Assembly (NCBI RefSeq): GCF_000940845.1
Contig: NZ_CP010341.1
Location: 1,890,001-1,922,000, forward strand
Length of the DNA: 32,000 nucleotides
Source: Propionibacterium freudenreichii subsp. freudenreichii
Lineage (GTDB): Bacteria > Actinomycetota > Actinomycetes > Propionibacteriales > Propionibacteriaceae
Reading direction: 5' to 3'
Numbering within the stretch: the stretch's first letter is position 1; the number at the start of each line of letters is the position of its first letter. This document shows positions 8,792 through 19,865 of the stretch, in pieces. Both the position numbers and the translations under genes were made by a program. The notes below the pieces were generated by a model. It was given only the letters and a program-made list of their open reading frames with translations. It ran no database searches and was not told where the DNA came from.

Positions 8792-9451
8792 TCAGGGTCG
8801 GATACCGGCCTGGACGGCCAAGGAGACCAGCTGGGCCCTGTCCCGAGCGCCAACCTTTGCCATCGCTCGATTGACATGCGTCTTGGCGGTGAACGGTGAG
8901 ATGAAGACGCGTCGACCAATCTCCGCATTGTCGAGGCCCTCGACCACCAGGCGAACGACCTCGAGCTCACGCGGCGTGAGGCCCTCGAACAGTTTCGCCT
9001 TGTCGGGGTCCGGCGGCACCGCATGGGGATCGCTGACGTGGCTGACCAGAGCGCCGATTGCATTGTCCGACAGGGCGTGGGCACCGGCTGCAACCCTTCG
9101 GATTCCCTCCGCCAACTCGTCGGGTCCAGCGCCCTTGCCAAGAAAGCCGTTCGCGCCGGCGCGCATGGCGGCAAGCACGTTCTCGTCCTGATCAAAAGTG
9201 GTCAGCACCAGAATGCGGGGGCCCTCGGGTCCACGGGCCTCGCGGATCCGGCGCACCGCTTCCACCCCGTCCATGCCGGGCATATTCAGGTCCATGAGAA
9301 TCACGTCCACCTGCACGCTGTCCAGGCGCCGCACGGCCGTGAACCCATCACCCGCCTCGGCAACCACGTCCAACCCGGGATAGGCATCAATGATCACCCG
9401 TAATCCCTTGCGGATCATTTCCTGGTCATCCACCAGCATCACCGTGGTCAT
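8792..9451 (-). CDS. Response regulator, NarL/LuxR family
   Basis: The receiver reads 'VMLVDDQEMIRKGL...DVILMDLNMPGMDG' and the LuxR HTH reads 'LTPRELEVVRLVVEGLDNAEIGRRVFISPFTAKTHV'. The start overlaps the HK stop (ATGA). Confidence 0.9.
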   Translation of the reverse strand: MTTVMLVDDQEMIRKGLRVIIDAYPGLDVVAEAGDGFTAVRRLDSVQVDVILMDLNMPGMDGVEAVRRIREARGPEGPRILVLTTFDQDENVLAAMRAGANGFLGKGAGPDELAEGIRRVAAGAHALSDNAIGALVSHVSDPHAVPPDPDKAKLFEGLTPRELEVVRLVVEGLDNAEIGRRVFISPFTAKTHVNRAMAKVGARDRAQLVSLAVQAGIRP

Positions 9452-10635
9452 CGTGCCTCCCGACCGTCGGCAGGAATCGTGGCAACGATCCAGAAAAGAC
9501 GATCGTCTGCGCGTGTCCGCAAACTACCGCCGACCGATTCCACTCGCTCCCGCATTCCAATCAACCCGTTTCCACCGCCCGGTCCCGGGGACGACGTGCT
9601 GCGACGCATGTTCGCCACCTCGATGAACACAAGGCCCTCCCCATTCTGGGATATCTCCAACGACACCGGGCCGACCCCATGCTTGTGTGCATTGGTCAGC
9701 GCCTCCTGCACCACCCGATAGACGGCGACACTGGACTGACCGGACAGCGCAATACCGAAACTCCCGAGGTTCGCATTCACGACCATGCCCGCCTGACGAT
9801 AGGACTCCACCAGGTCGCCCACCACCGCGTGGCTCGGCGTCGCCTGCGGGCGCTCCCCCGCGTCGTCCACACGAAGGACGGCCAGGATCTGCTGGGTCTC
9901 CCGCAACACGGCCTGCACTGCCGCCCGGGCGGCGACCAGGTCACCACGCAGCGCCCGGGGATCGCTCAGATGAACCTCGGCGGCACCCAGGTGCATGTTA
10001 ACCACCGCGATCTGATGGCCGACTCCGTCATGGAGGTCCCGGGCGATGCGCAGCCGCTCCTGGGCCACTCCCCGCTCGACGGCGGCCTGACGGCCCTGCT
10101 CGGCCTCCCTCATCCGCGCCTCGGCCTCGACGCGGTACCGGTAGTTTCCCCGCAGCGCGCTCGCGATGGCTGCGCAGACGGCTGCCGCAAACGCCGAGAC
10201 GGACGAGCTGGTGTCGTAGCGCACGTCGATCGTGCCGGCCTCCCACCCCACCGCCACGAAATTGGCGACACCGATGACCACACCGACCACCCATGCGGAC
10301 AGGCCGCGCAGCACGAACCAGAAGGCGGCAAGGCAGGCCATCGACCAGATGCCGGTCGCCTGACGGTCCACGAGGACCGCGATCATCGGGGCCAGGGCCA
10401 CCAGCCCCAATCCCACGTAGCCCCACGAGCGCCCGAAGCGTCCCAGGAGGATTCCTGCGGTCATCGCCACGGCGGGCACGTACTGGATCACCGGCGCCCG
10501 ACTGACCGCCACGGTGACCACCTCGACGCCCACTGCCACCATCAGGATGACCTGGACCGTGATCTGTGCCACGCGCGGAAGCGCGCGCCATCTGGGCCCG
10601 GTCGTGGCAATGGCCGGGCGTGCCGTGGATGTCAT
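9448..10635 (-). CDS. Sensor histidine kinase (HisKA_3/NarL-type, multi-TM N-terminus)
   Basis: H-box 'RIARDLHDGVGHQIAVV' and ATPase 'EALTNAHKHG...GGGNGLIGMRERV'. ATG 10635 is preceded by GGAGGA at 8 nt. Confidence 0.85.
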   Translation of the reverse strand: MTSTARPAIATTGPRWRALPRVAQITVQVILMVAVGVEVVTVAVSRAPVIQYVPAVAMTAGILLGRFGRSWGYVGLGLVALAPMIAVLVDRQATGIWSMACLAAFWFVLRGLSAWVVGVVIGVANFVAVGWEAGTIDVRYDTSSSVSAFAAAVCAAIASALRGNYRYRVEAEARMREAEQGRQAAVERGVAQERLRIARDLHDGVGHQIAVVNMHLGAAEVHLSDPRALRGDLVAARAAVQAVLRETQQILAVLRVDDAGERPQATPSHAVVGDLVESYRQAGMVVNANLGSFGIALSGQSSVAVYRVVQEALTNAHKHGVGPVSLEISQNGEGLVFIEVANMRRSTSSPGPGGGNGLIGMRERVESVGGSLRTRADDRLFWIVATIPADGREAR

Positions 10636-10785
10636 GGTTCCCATCCTCCCCGCATGGCAGCGATCACGCGTACTGCACATGGACTACTTCGATGGGTCCG
10701 CGGGGACGATGTGCGCACCCGGCGTGGCGTCGAAGCTTGATTCATGTCAGCCGAGCCAGCAGAACCGACCACGAGGGAGAACCCC

Positions 10786-11349
10786 ATGACCGTCCAGAAT
10801 GCGCCCGCAACAGATGAGTACACGGCCTATGAGTACGCCACCGTGCGCGTGCCCCACACCTTTGAGCCGCTGTTCCGTGACACCTACCCCGGCTTCGGCT
10901 GGACGGTGGAAAATCCCCGCGCGACGACTTCCGTCGCCTCCGTTCCCCTGGGCCGCACCCAGCGATCCGAGACCGTGACACTCCAGCTCAAGAGGGATCG
11001 CAACCTCAAGAATCGTGACATGGTGCGCGCGCTGCAGGAGGAGGCCGACACGGCCCTCACGACGATCATCTCGCTCGAGAGGTCCAAGACCTCACGAGCG
11101 ATGGTCGTGGCCGTCACCATCGGCATCGTGGGATCGGCATTCCTGGCTGGTTCGGTCTTCGCGATGAATGCCGGACTGGCCGTGCTGTCCGTCGCGCTCG
11201 GGGCACTGGGCCTGTTCGGTTGGGTCGGCGGGGGCATCTCGTACCGCCAGGTGAAGCGCCGCCGGGCACGCCACGTGGACCCGCTCATCGAGAACGCGCT
11301 GGACACCCTGCATGAGGCCAGCCGCCGAGCAGCCCATCTCCTGCGATGA
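10786..11349 (+). CDS. Hypothetical 2-TM membrane protein (DUF2812-like architecture, tentative)
   Basis: ATG 10786 is preceded by GAGGGAG. The protein has an N-terminal soluble domain ('FRDTYPGFGWTVE') followed by two TM helices. It is divergent from the HK gene. Confidence 0.6.
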   Translation: MTVQNAPATDEYTAYEYATVRVPHTFEPLFRDTYPGFGWTVENPRATTSVASVPLGRTQRSETVTLQLKRDRNLKNRDMVRALQEEADTALTTIISLERSKTSRAMVVAVTIGIVGSAFLAGSVFAMNAGLAVLSVALGALGLFGWVGGGISYRQVKRRRARHVDPLIENALDTLHEASRRAAHLLR

Positions 11350-11400
11350 ATGCTGATGCGTGCGTCGATACCGGGCCCAAACCGGATCCTTGCCCGTGAC

Positions 11401-11441
11401 AGATGAAGGGGTCCCCGCACGACGCGGGGACCCCTTCATCT
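11401..11441. terminator. Perfect 18-bp stem / 5-nt loop hairpin (intrinsic terminator-like)
   Basis: AGATGAAGGGGTCCCCGC-acgac-GCGGGGACCCCTTCATCT, located 52 nt after the stop at 11349. There is no T-tract. Confidence 0.6.
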
Positions 11442-11599
11442 GCTTCTCACTGGTGGACCTCCGTAGAGAGTTTGAGAACCCCTGCCCACACCTGAAAACC
11501 CTGTCTTTGCGCAGGTCACGGGGCTTCTACGACCACGACCATCGCTCCTCGGAGCCTACCGTTTCCGACTCCAGGGGTCGAGTGGTGCGATCACTTGGG

Positions 11600-11947
11600 A
11601 TGGCTCAAACCCTGCTACGGCCCGAGCAGGTCGACGATCTGGTGGCGCAGTACCGCGAGGGCGCGACGCTCGTGGAGTTGGCATCCGTGTTCGGAGTGAA
11701 CCGCCGCACGGTCGCCACCCACCTCACCCGTCGGGAGGTCACCATCCGCCGCGGACGGTTCGATCCTTCCCGCATCCACGAAGCAGCCGACCTCTACCTC
11801 AGCGGGTTGACGCTGGTAGAGGTCGGCATGAGAGTCGGGGCGGGGCCTCAGGCGATCCGGCAAGCGCTCGCTTCGCACGGTGTCGTGATCCGGCCTGGCG
11901 GGCGTCGTGGTTCTCGCATCACAGCGCTCGCTGCCGTGGGCGGTTGA
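11600..11947 (+). CDS. Double-HTH DNA-binding protein, conjugative-element associated (copy 1)
   Basis: Internal ATG 11600 of ORF 11360..11947. It has two HTH-like repeats ('ATLVELASVFGVNRRTVATHL', 'LTLVEVGMRVGAGPQAIRQAL'). By eye about four-fifths of residues are identical to the ORF at 28807..29157. Confidence 0.7.
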   Translation: MAQTLLRPEQVDDLVAQYREGATLVELASVFGVNRRTVATHLTRREVTIRRGRFDPSRIHEAADLYLSGLTLVEVGMRVGAGPQAIRQALASHGVVIRPGGRRGSRITALAAVGG

Positions 11948-12141
11948 GCCTAGACGCGAAGAGCTGGCTCACGCGGGCTTGCCTCGACGAGCGAGTAGTG
12001 GCGCTGGTGGCGACGGATCGCGGCCTCGCGCAGGCGCGCGCGGATGAGCAGGACGACGCTCACGGGTCCCATGATGATGAACTTCAGTGCGTTCCAGCAT
12101 GCCCAGAGGACGACGAGGTGGAGCCAGCCGGGGCCGTCAGC
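11604..12141. repeat. Diverged duplicate of 28815..29354 (HTH gene plus 3' end of the convergent membrane-protein gene)
   Basis: The by-eye nucleotide alignment is colinear over about 540 bp with many substitutions. Weaker similarity extends upstream (11461-11485 vs 27308-27333). Confidence 0.75.
11950..12141 (-). pseudogene. 3' fragment of small ICE membrane-protein gene (paralogue of 29160..29531)
   Basis: The minus-strand translation 'ADGPGWLHLVVLWACWNALKFIIMGPVSVVLLIRARLREAAIRRHQR...' matches the C-terminal half of the 29160..29531 product. An in-frame TGA at 12142-12144 marks where homology stops. Confidence 0.65.
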
Positions 12142-12143
12142 TC

Positions 12144-12443
12144 ACACGTCGGCGTGTTCAGGAGATGGCTCGTCTGCTACGGGATACCCGCCTATCGGTT
12201 CTTGAAATCTCCAGACAGGTCGGTTGGCGAGATCGGGGTCATGCGTCTGAGCAGTTCAAGCGATTCGCGGGGATCACCCCTACTCAGTACCGTGTCGAGC
12301 AACGCAAGACGGCTGAGCGGCACTGCCTCTGGTGCGGTCAACCCGTTCCGAGTAAGGAAGTAGCAACTGGCGTCAAGGATCATCGTGCGCAACAGGATGC
12401 ACACTTCAACAATGACGGGCAGTTTCAACAGTCACAGACGTGA
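12144..12443 (+). pseudogene. AraC-family regulator, C-terminal HTH fragment only
   Basis: 'RRRVQEMARLLRDTRLSVLEISRQVGWRDRGHASEQFKRFAGITPTQYR' is the second AraC HTH. It begins abruptly at the end of the repeat copy, and no N-terminal domain is present. Confidence 0.6.
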
Positions 12444-12847
12444 GTAGGCAAGAGTACGGGTTTGCGGGATCAAGAGCACGACCGGCGACGTAACCAAGCA
12501 GGAACGACGCGGGCTCCCCACGACAGGGTCAGGTTCGTTGGGGTTCCTTACCCGACGCGAGCGTCACGTTTCCGACTCGCGCTGCCATCGGGACGCTGAA
12601 CCGTCCACCAACTACCAACTCACGCGGCCGGAGGACGCTGCGAAGGCGGGCACATGAGGCTCTGTCGTGAGGTTGGCCGCCGGTGATACGGGCTCTGTGG
12701 TGAACGGCCCTGGGTTACTACGAATGAGGCCTTCGAGGCCGGTCGCACAGTTGAGTATCGAAGTTGTGAAATTCGGCCGGCAGGCACAACACGACATTGC
12801 ACGTCACACGGAGTAGTGGCTGTGGCGCGCTGTGCCAGCCGGGCTGA

Positions 12848-13267
12848 TTAGCGCTGCAGGCGCCGACGCCCCGTCATCGTCTGACGGCCGGGCCATGCCC
12901 TGCCATCGCTGCCCGTGGTGAACACTCGCCCACTGGGGGTGGGTACGGTCCGGTCCAAGACCTCCCACAGCTCGGTCACCATCTGATCCAAGCGTTGGCG
13001 GGTCTGCTCGATCTGGTCTTGCAACGCGAAGAGCTGTCGGACTTCGTCGAGGTCCATCCCGGCGCGCTGAACCAGGTTCCGCGCTTGGCGCAGCCGCACA
13101 AGGTCGTGCTGGTCGTAGCTCGCTTGGCCGGCGGCGCTGCGGCGTGGGCTCACGATGCCGGCGCGCTCGAAGGCTTCGAGCGTGCGGCGGTGCAGACCGG
13201 TCAGGAGCACCACCTGGCTGGTGGTGAACACCACACCGTCATGAACGCTGTTGTCGGTGGTGGTCAT
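12848..13267 (-). CDS. hspR: HspR heat-shock repressor (MerR family)
   Basis: The MerR HTH reads 'VFTTSQVVLLTGLHRRTLEAFERAGIVSPRRS'. This is the last gene of the dnaK operon. ATG 13267 is preceded by GGGAGGA, which overlaps the end of dnaJ. Confidence 0.85.
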   Translation of the reverse strand: MTTTDNSVHDGVVFTTSQVVLLTGLHRRTLEAFERAGIVSPRRSAAGQASYDQHDLVRLRQARNLVQRAGMDLDEVRQLFALQDQIEQTRQRLDQMVTELWEVLDRTVPTPSGRVFTTGSDGRAWPGRQTMTGRRRLQR

Positions 13268-13268
13268 C

Positions 13269-14366
13269 TCAGTTCCTCCCAAGGATCGAAGCGCGGGGGT
13301 TGGTCTGGCCTACGGCGCGGGCGAAGTCGCGCATTGCCTGCCTGGCCCGGTCGTTGAGCGACGTCGGCATGACGACCTCGACGGTGACTAGCAGGTCGCC
13401 GGTTCCCGCCTTGGTGGTGACGCCCTTGCCTCGCACACGCAGGGTGCGCCGGTTCGGGGTGCATTCGGGGATACGCACCTTCACTCGTCCGCCTTCGAGG
13501 GTGGGCACCTCGATATCGGCGCCCAGGATGAGTTCGTCGACGGTGACCGGCACGGACAGGGTAAGATCTCGCCCCTTGCGGCCGAACAGTGGGTGCGGGG
13601 TGACATGAACGCGGACCAGCAGGTCGCCCGCCGGACCGCCGTTTAGGCCGGCCGAGCCCTTGCCCTTGATTCTGATGGTCTGGCCGTCGTCGACGCTTGC
13701 CGGGATGCGCACCTTCATGGTCTTGGCTTGGCGTACCCGCCCGGTGCCGTGGCAGGAGCCGCATACCTGTGGCGGGTTTCCCGAGGTGATGCCAGCGCCG
13801 CCGCAAGCTGTGCACGCCACCTCAGAGACCAGCTGCATCGAAACGGTGGTGCCCTTGACAGCTTCGAGGAAGCCGATGGTCACCTCCCCCTCGATGTCAG
13901 CGCCCTTCCGAGGGCCGCTGGGCCGCCGAGCACCGCTGAAGCCAGCACCGCCTTGGCCGAACAAGCCGCCCAGGATGTCCTCATAACCCGCACCTTGGCC
14001 AAAGAGGTCCTCGGCAGACCCACCAGTCGAATAGCTGTAGGTGTAGGGGCCACCGGCGGGGTTTCCATAGGCGTACTGGCCACCGGCTCCCGGAAATCCT
14101 GCGCCGCGGCCGTAGCGGAAGCCGCCATTGGCGACCATCTCGCGAATCTCGTCGTACTCTCGTCGCGAGTCGGGGTTGGACAGGACAGAGTTTGCCTCCG
14201 AGATTTCCTTGAACCGGGCCTCAGCAGCAGCGTCGCCGGGGTGCTGGTCGGGATGGTTCTGACGAGCGAGCTTACGGAAGGCCTTCTTGATGTCCTTGGC
14301 TGTAGCGTCCTTCGACACGCCCAGGACCTTGTAAAAGTCCTTGTCAACCCAATCCTGTGCGCTCAT
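13269..14366 (-). CDS. dnaJ: DnaJ co-chaperone (J-domain, G/F region, shortened Zn-finger region, CTDs)
   Basis: J-domain '[31 protein letters not shown]', a G/F-rich linker, and only two CxxCxGxG motifs. The start overlaps the grpE stop (ATGA). Confidence 0.9.
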   Translation of the reverse strand: MSAQDWVDKDFYKVLGVSKDATAKDIKKAFRKLARQNHPDQHPGDAAAEARFKEISEANSVLSNPDSRREYDEIREMVANGGFRYGRGAGFPGAGGQYAYGNPAGGPYTYSYSTGGSAEDLFGQGAGYEDILGGLFGQGGAGFSGARRPSGPRKGADIEGEVTIGFLEAVKGTTVSMQLVSEVACTACGGAGITSGNPPQVCGSCHGTGRVRQAKTMKVRIPASVDDGQTIRIKGKGSAGLNGGPAGDLLVRVHVTPHPLFGRKGRDLTLSVPVTVDELILGADIEVPTLEGGRVKVRIPECTPNRRTLRVRGKGVTTKAGTGDLLVTVEVVMPTSLNDRARQAMRDFARAVGQTNPRASILGRN

Positions 14367-14932
14367 CGCTCCTCATCTCCGTGCGTACTGGACTCGGTGG
14401 CGGGCTGTTGTGTGTCCGGCTCGCTGACTGCGACGCGGGCAGGGCGGAGGACCTTGTCGTGAATGCGGTGACCTGGCTGCATCACTTGCGAGACACAAGT
14501 CTTGGTGGCGCCAGACATCGGCAGCTGCATCAATGCCTCATGCAGGGTGGGGTCGAATTGGTCTCCGACCTGGCCGTAACTGCTCAGGCCGTGCCGAGCA
14601 GCCACTGCGGAGATCTGGTCGGCAAGCATCTTGAAGGGGCCATCCAGCTCGCCGTGCTGGTCGGCCAGCTGGATCGCATCCAAGGCGGGCAGAAGGTCCG
14701 TGAGAATCTGTTCCTTTCCCGCGCGGCGCGCCAGGTCCCGGTCACGGTCGACTCGTCGCTTGTAATTGATGTACTCGGCTTGCAGCCGCTGCAGGTCCTC
14801 AGTACGTTCCGCCAAGCGGCTCTCCAGCTGCGCGACCTGATCACGCAACGCTTCGAGCTGCGCTTCAGGAGCAAGCACCTCGTCGGCCGCTGGCTGCGGA
14901 GTGGGCGTGGTGGTCACGTCGTCTGTGCTCAT
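14363..14932 (-). CDS. grpE: GrpE nucleotide exchange factor
   Basis: ATG 14932 is preceded by AGGAGGAAGC. '[16 protein letters not shown]...LLPALDAI...DPTLHEA' are conserved GrpE blocks. Confidence 0.9.
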   Translation of the reverse strand: MSTDDVTTTPTPQPAADEVLAPEAQLEALRDQVAQLESRLAERTEDLQRLQAEYINYKRRVDRDRDLARRAGKEQILTDLLPALDAIQLADQHGELDGPFKMLADQISAVAARHGLSSYGQVGDQFDPTLHEALMQLPMSGATKTCVSQVMQPGHRIHDKVLRPARVAVSEPDTQQPATESSTHGDEER

Positions 14933-15092
14933 GCTTCCTCCTGTGGGTGATTGTCGTGGCAGCACCTGACAGGCAGGGCCACCGTGGATGGGCTCAGGAC
15001 CACGCGAAGCGCTCGCAGCGCGGGCCGCTACGGGCCGATCGCGTGGTGATCGCCGGAATGGGTGGGGTCGCAAGGCGACCCCACCGGGCGCA

Positions 15093-17072
<1,980 letters not shown>

Positions 17073-17301
17073 TCACTATGCCTCCTTGGGCGAGTAAGCG
17101 GGGCGATCAGAGCCCTGAAGAAACCACGAACAGCGAAGCTGCTCCGCACGGGCAAGGACCGCGTCCGGAGGTGGAAGACTGCGGTTGGGTTGGAAGACGA
17201 GTTCGCCGCCGCCGGCCTTGAATGGCTGGGCATCAACGACCTTCGGGTCGTGAGCGAGCACCGACGCCGTGCCCGACGCGCGGGGTCGGAACCTCGCGGA
17301 G

Positions 17302-18393
17302 TCAGTCGCTGGCAAGCGTCGCGGACACCGTCAGCTCCCTGCCGTCGCGCACCACCAGCAGGTTCACCGATTTCCCGACGGGAAGTCCCCTCACATGCCC
17401 TACCAAGGACAATGCCGAGGTGGTTGCAACACCGTCGATGCTGATGATGTGGTCTCCGACCTGTAGACCTGACTTGTGGGCCGGGCTACCGACAACCACC
17501 GAGGCGACCATGGCACTTCGGATCTGCTGCGTCCCCCGTGCTGCGATGCCGTCTGCCACGGAGATCCCCAGCTGGGCGTGATGGGCTCTGCCGTCACGGA
17601 TGAGCTGCTGGGCCACCATGGACACCTCGTCGGACGGAATCGCGAACCCGATGCCGATACTGCCGCTGCCAGGCCCCAATGTTGCGATGGATGAGTTGAT
17701 GCCGATCAGTTCGCCACAGCCATTGACAAGAGCACCACCCGAATTGCCCGGGTTGATCGGTGCTGAGGTCTGGATCGCGTTGGTCACTGTCGCGACGCTG
17801 GGCCCTGTACCCTGCTCGGAGGCAGTCACTGGACGGTTGAGGGCGCTGACGATGCCGGTGGTCACAGTCCCTGACAGTCCCAGCGGATTGCCCACGGCCA
17901 TCACCGGCTGCCCGGTGCGCACTTGGGCCGAATTGGCAATCGGGATCGGGGTGAGCTTCGTGTCCAGCAGCGTGAGCACGGCCAGATCAGTGATCGGATC
18001 ACGACCGGCGATGGTGACCGGCTGGACGCTGTTGTCGGACAGGGTGACCGACACGTCGCTATCAGTGGCATCACCCACCACATGGGCATTCGTGACGATG
18101 TGGTGCTCGTCAACTGCCACCCCCGAGCCCTCGCCCACCGGGTGGCCGCCGCTGGAGACCTCCACGGACACCACGGACGGGCTCACCTTCTCAGCAAGTG
18201 TCGTCCAGGACGGATCGTCGATGCTGCACGAGGTAACAGAGCTGTTCCCCGAGGTCGGACTTGTCAGGGGGCTGTTGGACGCCACTGGTGCTGGCGTCTT
18301 CGGCGCGGTGGCACTACAGGAAGTGAGCGGAATCAGTGCGGTCATCGCAATGGCTGCTGCCACAGTCCGCGCGGGAAGGCTGTTTCTCATCAT
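17302..18393 (-). CDS. htrA: HtrA/DegP-family trypsin-like serine protease with PDZ domain, lipoprotein
   Basis: ATG 18393 is preceded by AGGAG. Lipobox 'LTSCS', His 'IVTNAHVV', catalytic Ser 'GNSGGALV', and a C-terminal PDZ ('GSPAHKSGLQVGDHIISIDG'). The 167-aa upstream extension of ORF 17302..18894 overlaps the HdeD-like gene and is rejected. Confidence 0.88.
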   Translation of the reverse strand: MMRNSLPARTVAAAIAMTALIPLTSCSATAPKTPAPVASNSPLTSPTSGNSSVTSCSIDDPSWTTLAEKVSPSVVSVEVSSGGHPVGEGSGVAVDEHHIVTNAHVVGDATDSDVSVTLSDNSVQPVTIAGRDPITDLAVLTLLDTKLTPIPIANSAQVRTGQPVMAVGNPLGLSGTVTTGIVSALNRPVTASEQGTGPSVATVTNAIQTSAPINPGNSGGALVNGCGELIGINSSIATLGPGSGSIGIGFAIPSDEVSMVAQQLIRDGRAHHAQLGISVADGIAARGTQQIRSAMVASVVVGSPAHKSGLQVGDHIISIDGVATTSALSLVGHVRGLPVGKSVNLLVVRDGRELTVSATLASD

Positions 18394-18455
18394 GGCGAGA
18401 CTCCTAGAAGAGACCGAGTTGTGGTTGGACGGGTCGTAGGCGTTTGCTTGGTCGG

Positions 18456-18977
18456 TCAGCTGTTCTTGGCCGCACGCCACACGGCGATGGCCGCTGCAAC
18501 TTGGGACATGCCGAGAACCAGCAGCGACATGCCGGCCCAGAGCCCGATGGTGATGATCGCAGCGGCGTGGTTGAAGATGAACCAGATGCCTGCCAAGACC
18601 AGCAACACGCCAGCCAGGACGTACAGCCAGCGACGCCGAGCAGTTTTCTCGGTCATCAGGCCCAAGCCACACATGATGGTCCATAGGCCAACGGCGGCAG
18701 CGATGAACGACAAGGTGAGACCAGGCAGGAGGACGATGAGTAGGGCTAGTGCGACGCCCAGGGCCCCCACTCCGCCTCGCAGCCAACGCAGGACGCCGTA
18801 ACAGCGCCATGCGCCGATCATCGCCGAAATTGACTCGACGAGCAGAAAGGCGCCGCAGAACATCACCAGGGATTGCAGGGTTAGCCCTGGCCACCAGATG
18901 AGCATGAAACCGAGCAGGATCAGCAGTGCTGCACCAAACAGCTCGATCAGGGCCAGTGTGCGAAAAGTCTTGGACAT
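18456..18977 (-). CDS. HdeD/DUF308-like membrane protein
   Basis: 173-aa protein made of repeated paired TM helices with small loops, as in HdeD-family proteins. The family call rests on architecture only. Confidence 0.55.
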   Translation of the reverse strand: MSKTFRTLALIELFGAALLILLGFMLIWWPGLTLQSLVMFCGAFLLVESISAMIGAWRCYGVLRWLRGGVGALGVALALLIVLLPGLTLSFIAAAVGLWTIMCGLGLMTEKTARRRWLYVLAGVLLVLAGIWFIFNHAAAIITIGLWAGMSLLVLGMSQVAAAIAVWRAAKNS

Positions 18978-19199
18978 GGAAAACCTCCGAGGGTCACTCA
19001 GGACAGGGATCGCGACAAGAAGGCCCGCGCAAAGCAGGCCAACCGCCGATGATGGTCAGCGAGGCCCGGCACATGGCCATGAACCCAGCACGTCCCATTC
19101 CAGCACTGACCACGGCCGATCACCATCGGTGCTAACACCCACAACGGACTGACCACATATGCACAAGCTGGGGATAGCTGCCGTGCCGCTGTGTCCGGT

Positions 19200-19865
19200 T
19201 CAGGGCTCGATGAGTCCGACGCGGATGGCGTAGCGGGTCAGTTCGAGGCGATCCTTCATCCCGAGCTTCTCCAGCAAGTTGGCGCGGTGCCGTTCGACGG
19301 TCTTGGGGCTGATGAACAGCATCTCGGCGATTTCTTTGCCGGAGTGGCCCTCGGCGATGAGCTTGAGGATCTCCTCTTCGCGGGGGGTCAGGAGCCGGTC
19401 GCCTTCGTTGGCTTGGCCGCGCTGGACGTACTCGCGGATGATGGTGGACATGGCACCTGGGTAGAGGAAAGGCTCGCCTCGCACGGCTGCGCGGCACGCG
19501 TGGAGCAGGTCCCGGTCTGCCATGGACTTGTGCACATAGCCGGCTGCACCGGCCTTGAGGGCCTCGAACAGGTACTGCTCGTTGTCATGCATACTCAGGA
19601 TCAGCATTGGGGTAGGCAGCTTGCGCTGGGACACTTCGCGGGCAACTTGCAGCCCGGTCATGCGGGGCATGGTGATGTCGAGAATAGCGAGGTCGATGTC
19701 GCCGTGGTTGATGCGATCCAGTGCTTGGGCTCCATCAGCCGCTTCGGCTACGACGGTGAAGTCGGGTTGGGGGTCGAGCATCATTTTCATGCCTTGGCGC
19801 AGCAGAGTGTGGTCATCGGCCAGCAGCACGCGAGAGATTCGGGTTGTCGGCGTGTGCATGGTCAT
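19200..19865 (-). CDS. Response regulator, NarL/LuxR family
   Basis: Contains 'RVLLADDHTLLRQG...DLAILDITMPRMTG' and 'LTPREEEILKLIAEGHSGKEIAEMLFISPKTVERHR'. The start overlaps the HK stop (ATGA at 19862-19865). Confidence 0.9.
   Translation of the reverse strand: MTMHTPTTRISRVLLADDHTLLRQGMKMMLDPQPDFTVVAEAADGAQALDRINHGDIDLAILDITMPRMTGLQVAREVSQRKLPTPMLILSMHDNEQYLFEALKAGAAGYVHKSMADRDLLHACRAAVRGEPFLYPGAMSTIIREYVQRGQANEGDRLLTPREEEILKLIAEGHSGKEIAEMLFISPKTVERHRANLLEKLGMKDRLELTRYAIRVGLIEP

Noticed and set aside
18394-18894. 167-aa N-terminal extension of the HtrA ORF
   Set aside because: It overlaps the HdeD-like gene and is Arg/His-rich with no signal peptide. The internal ATG 18393 has an SD and gives a proper lipoprotein signal.
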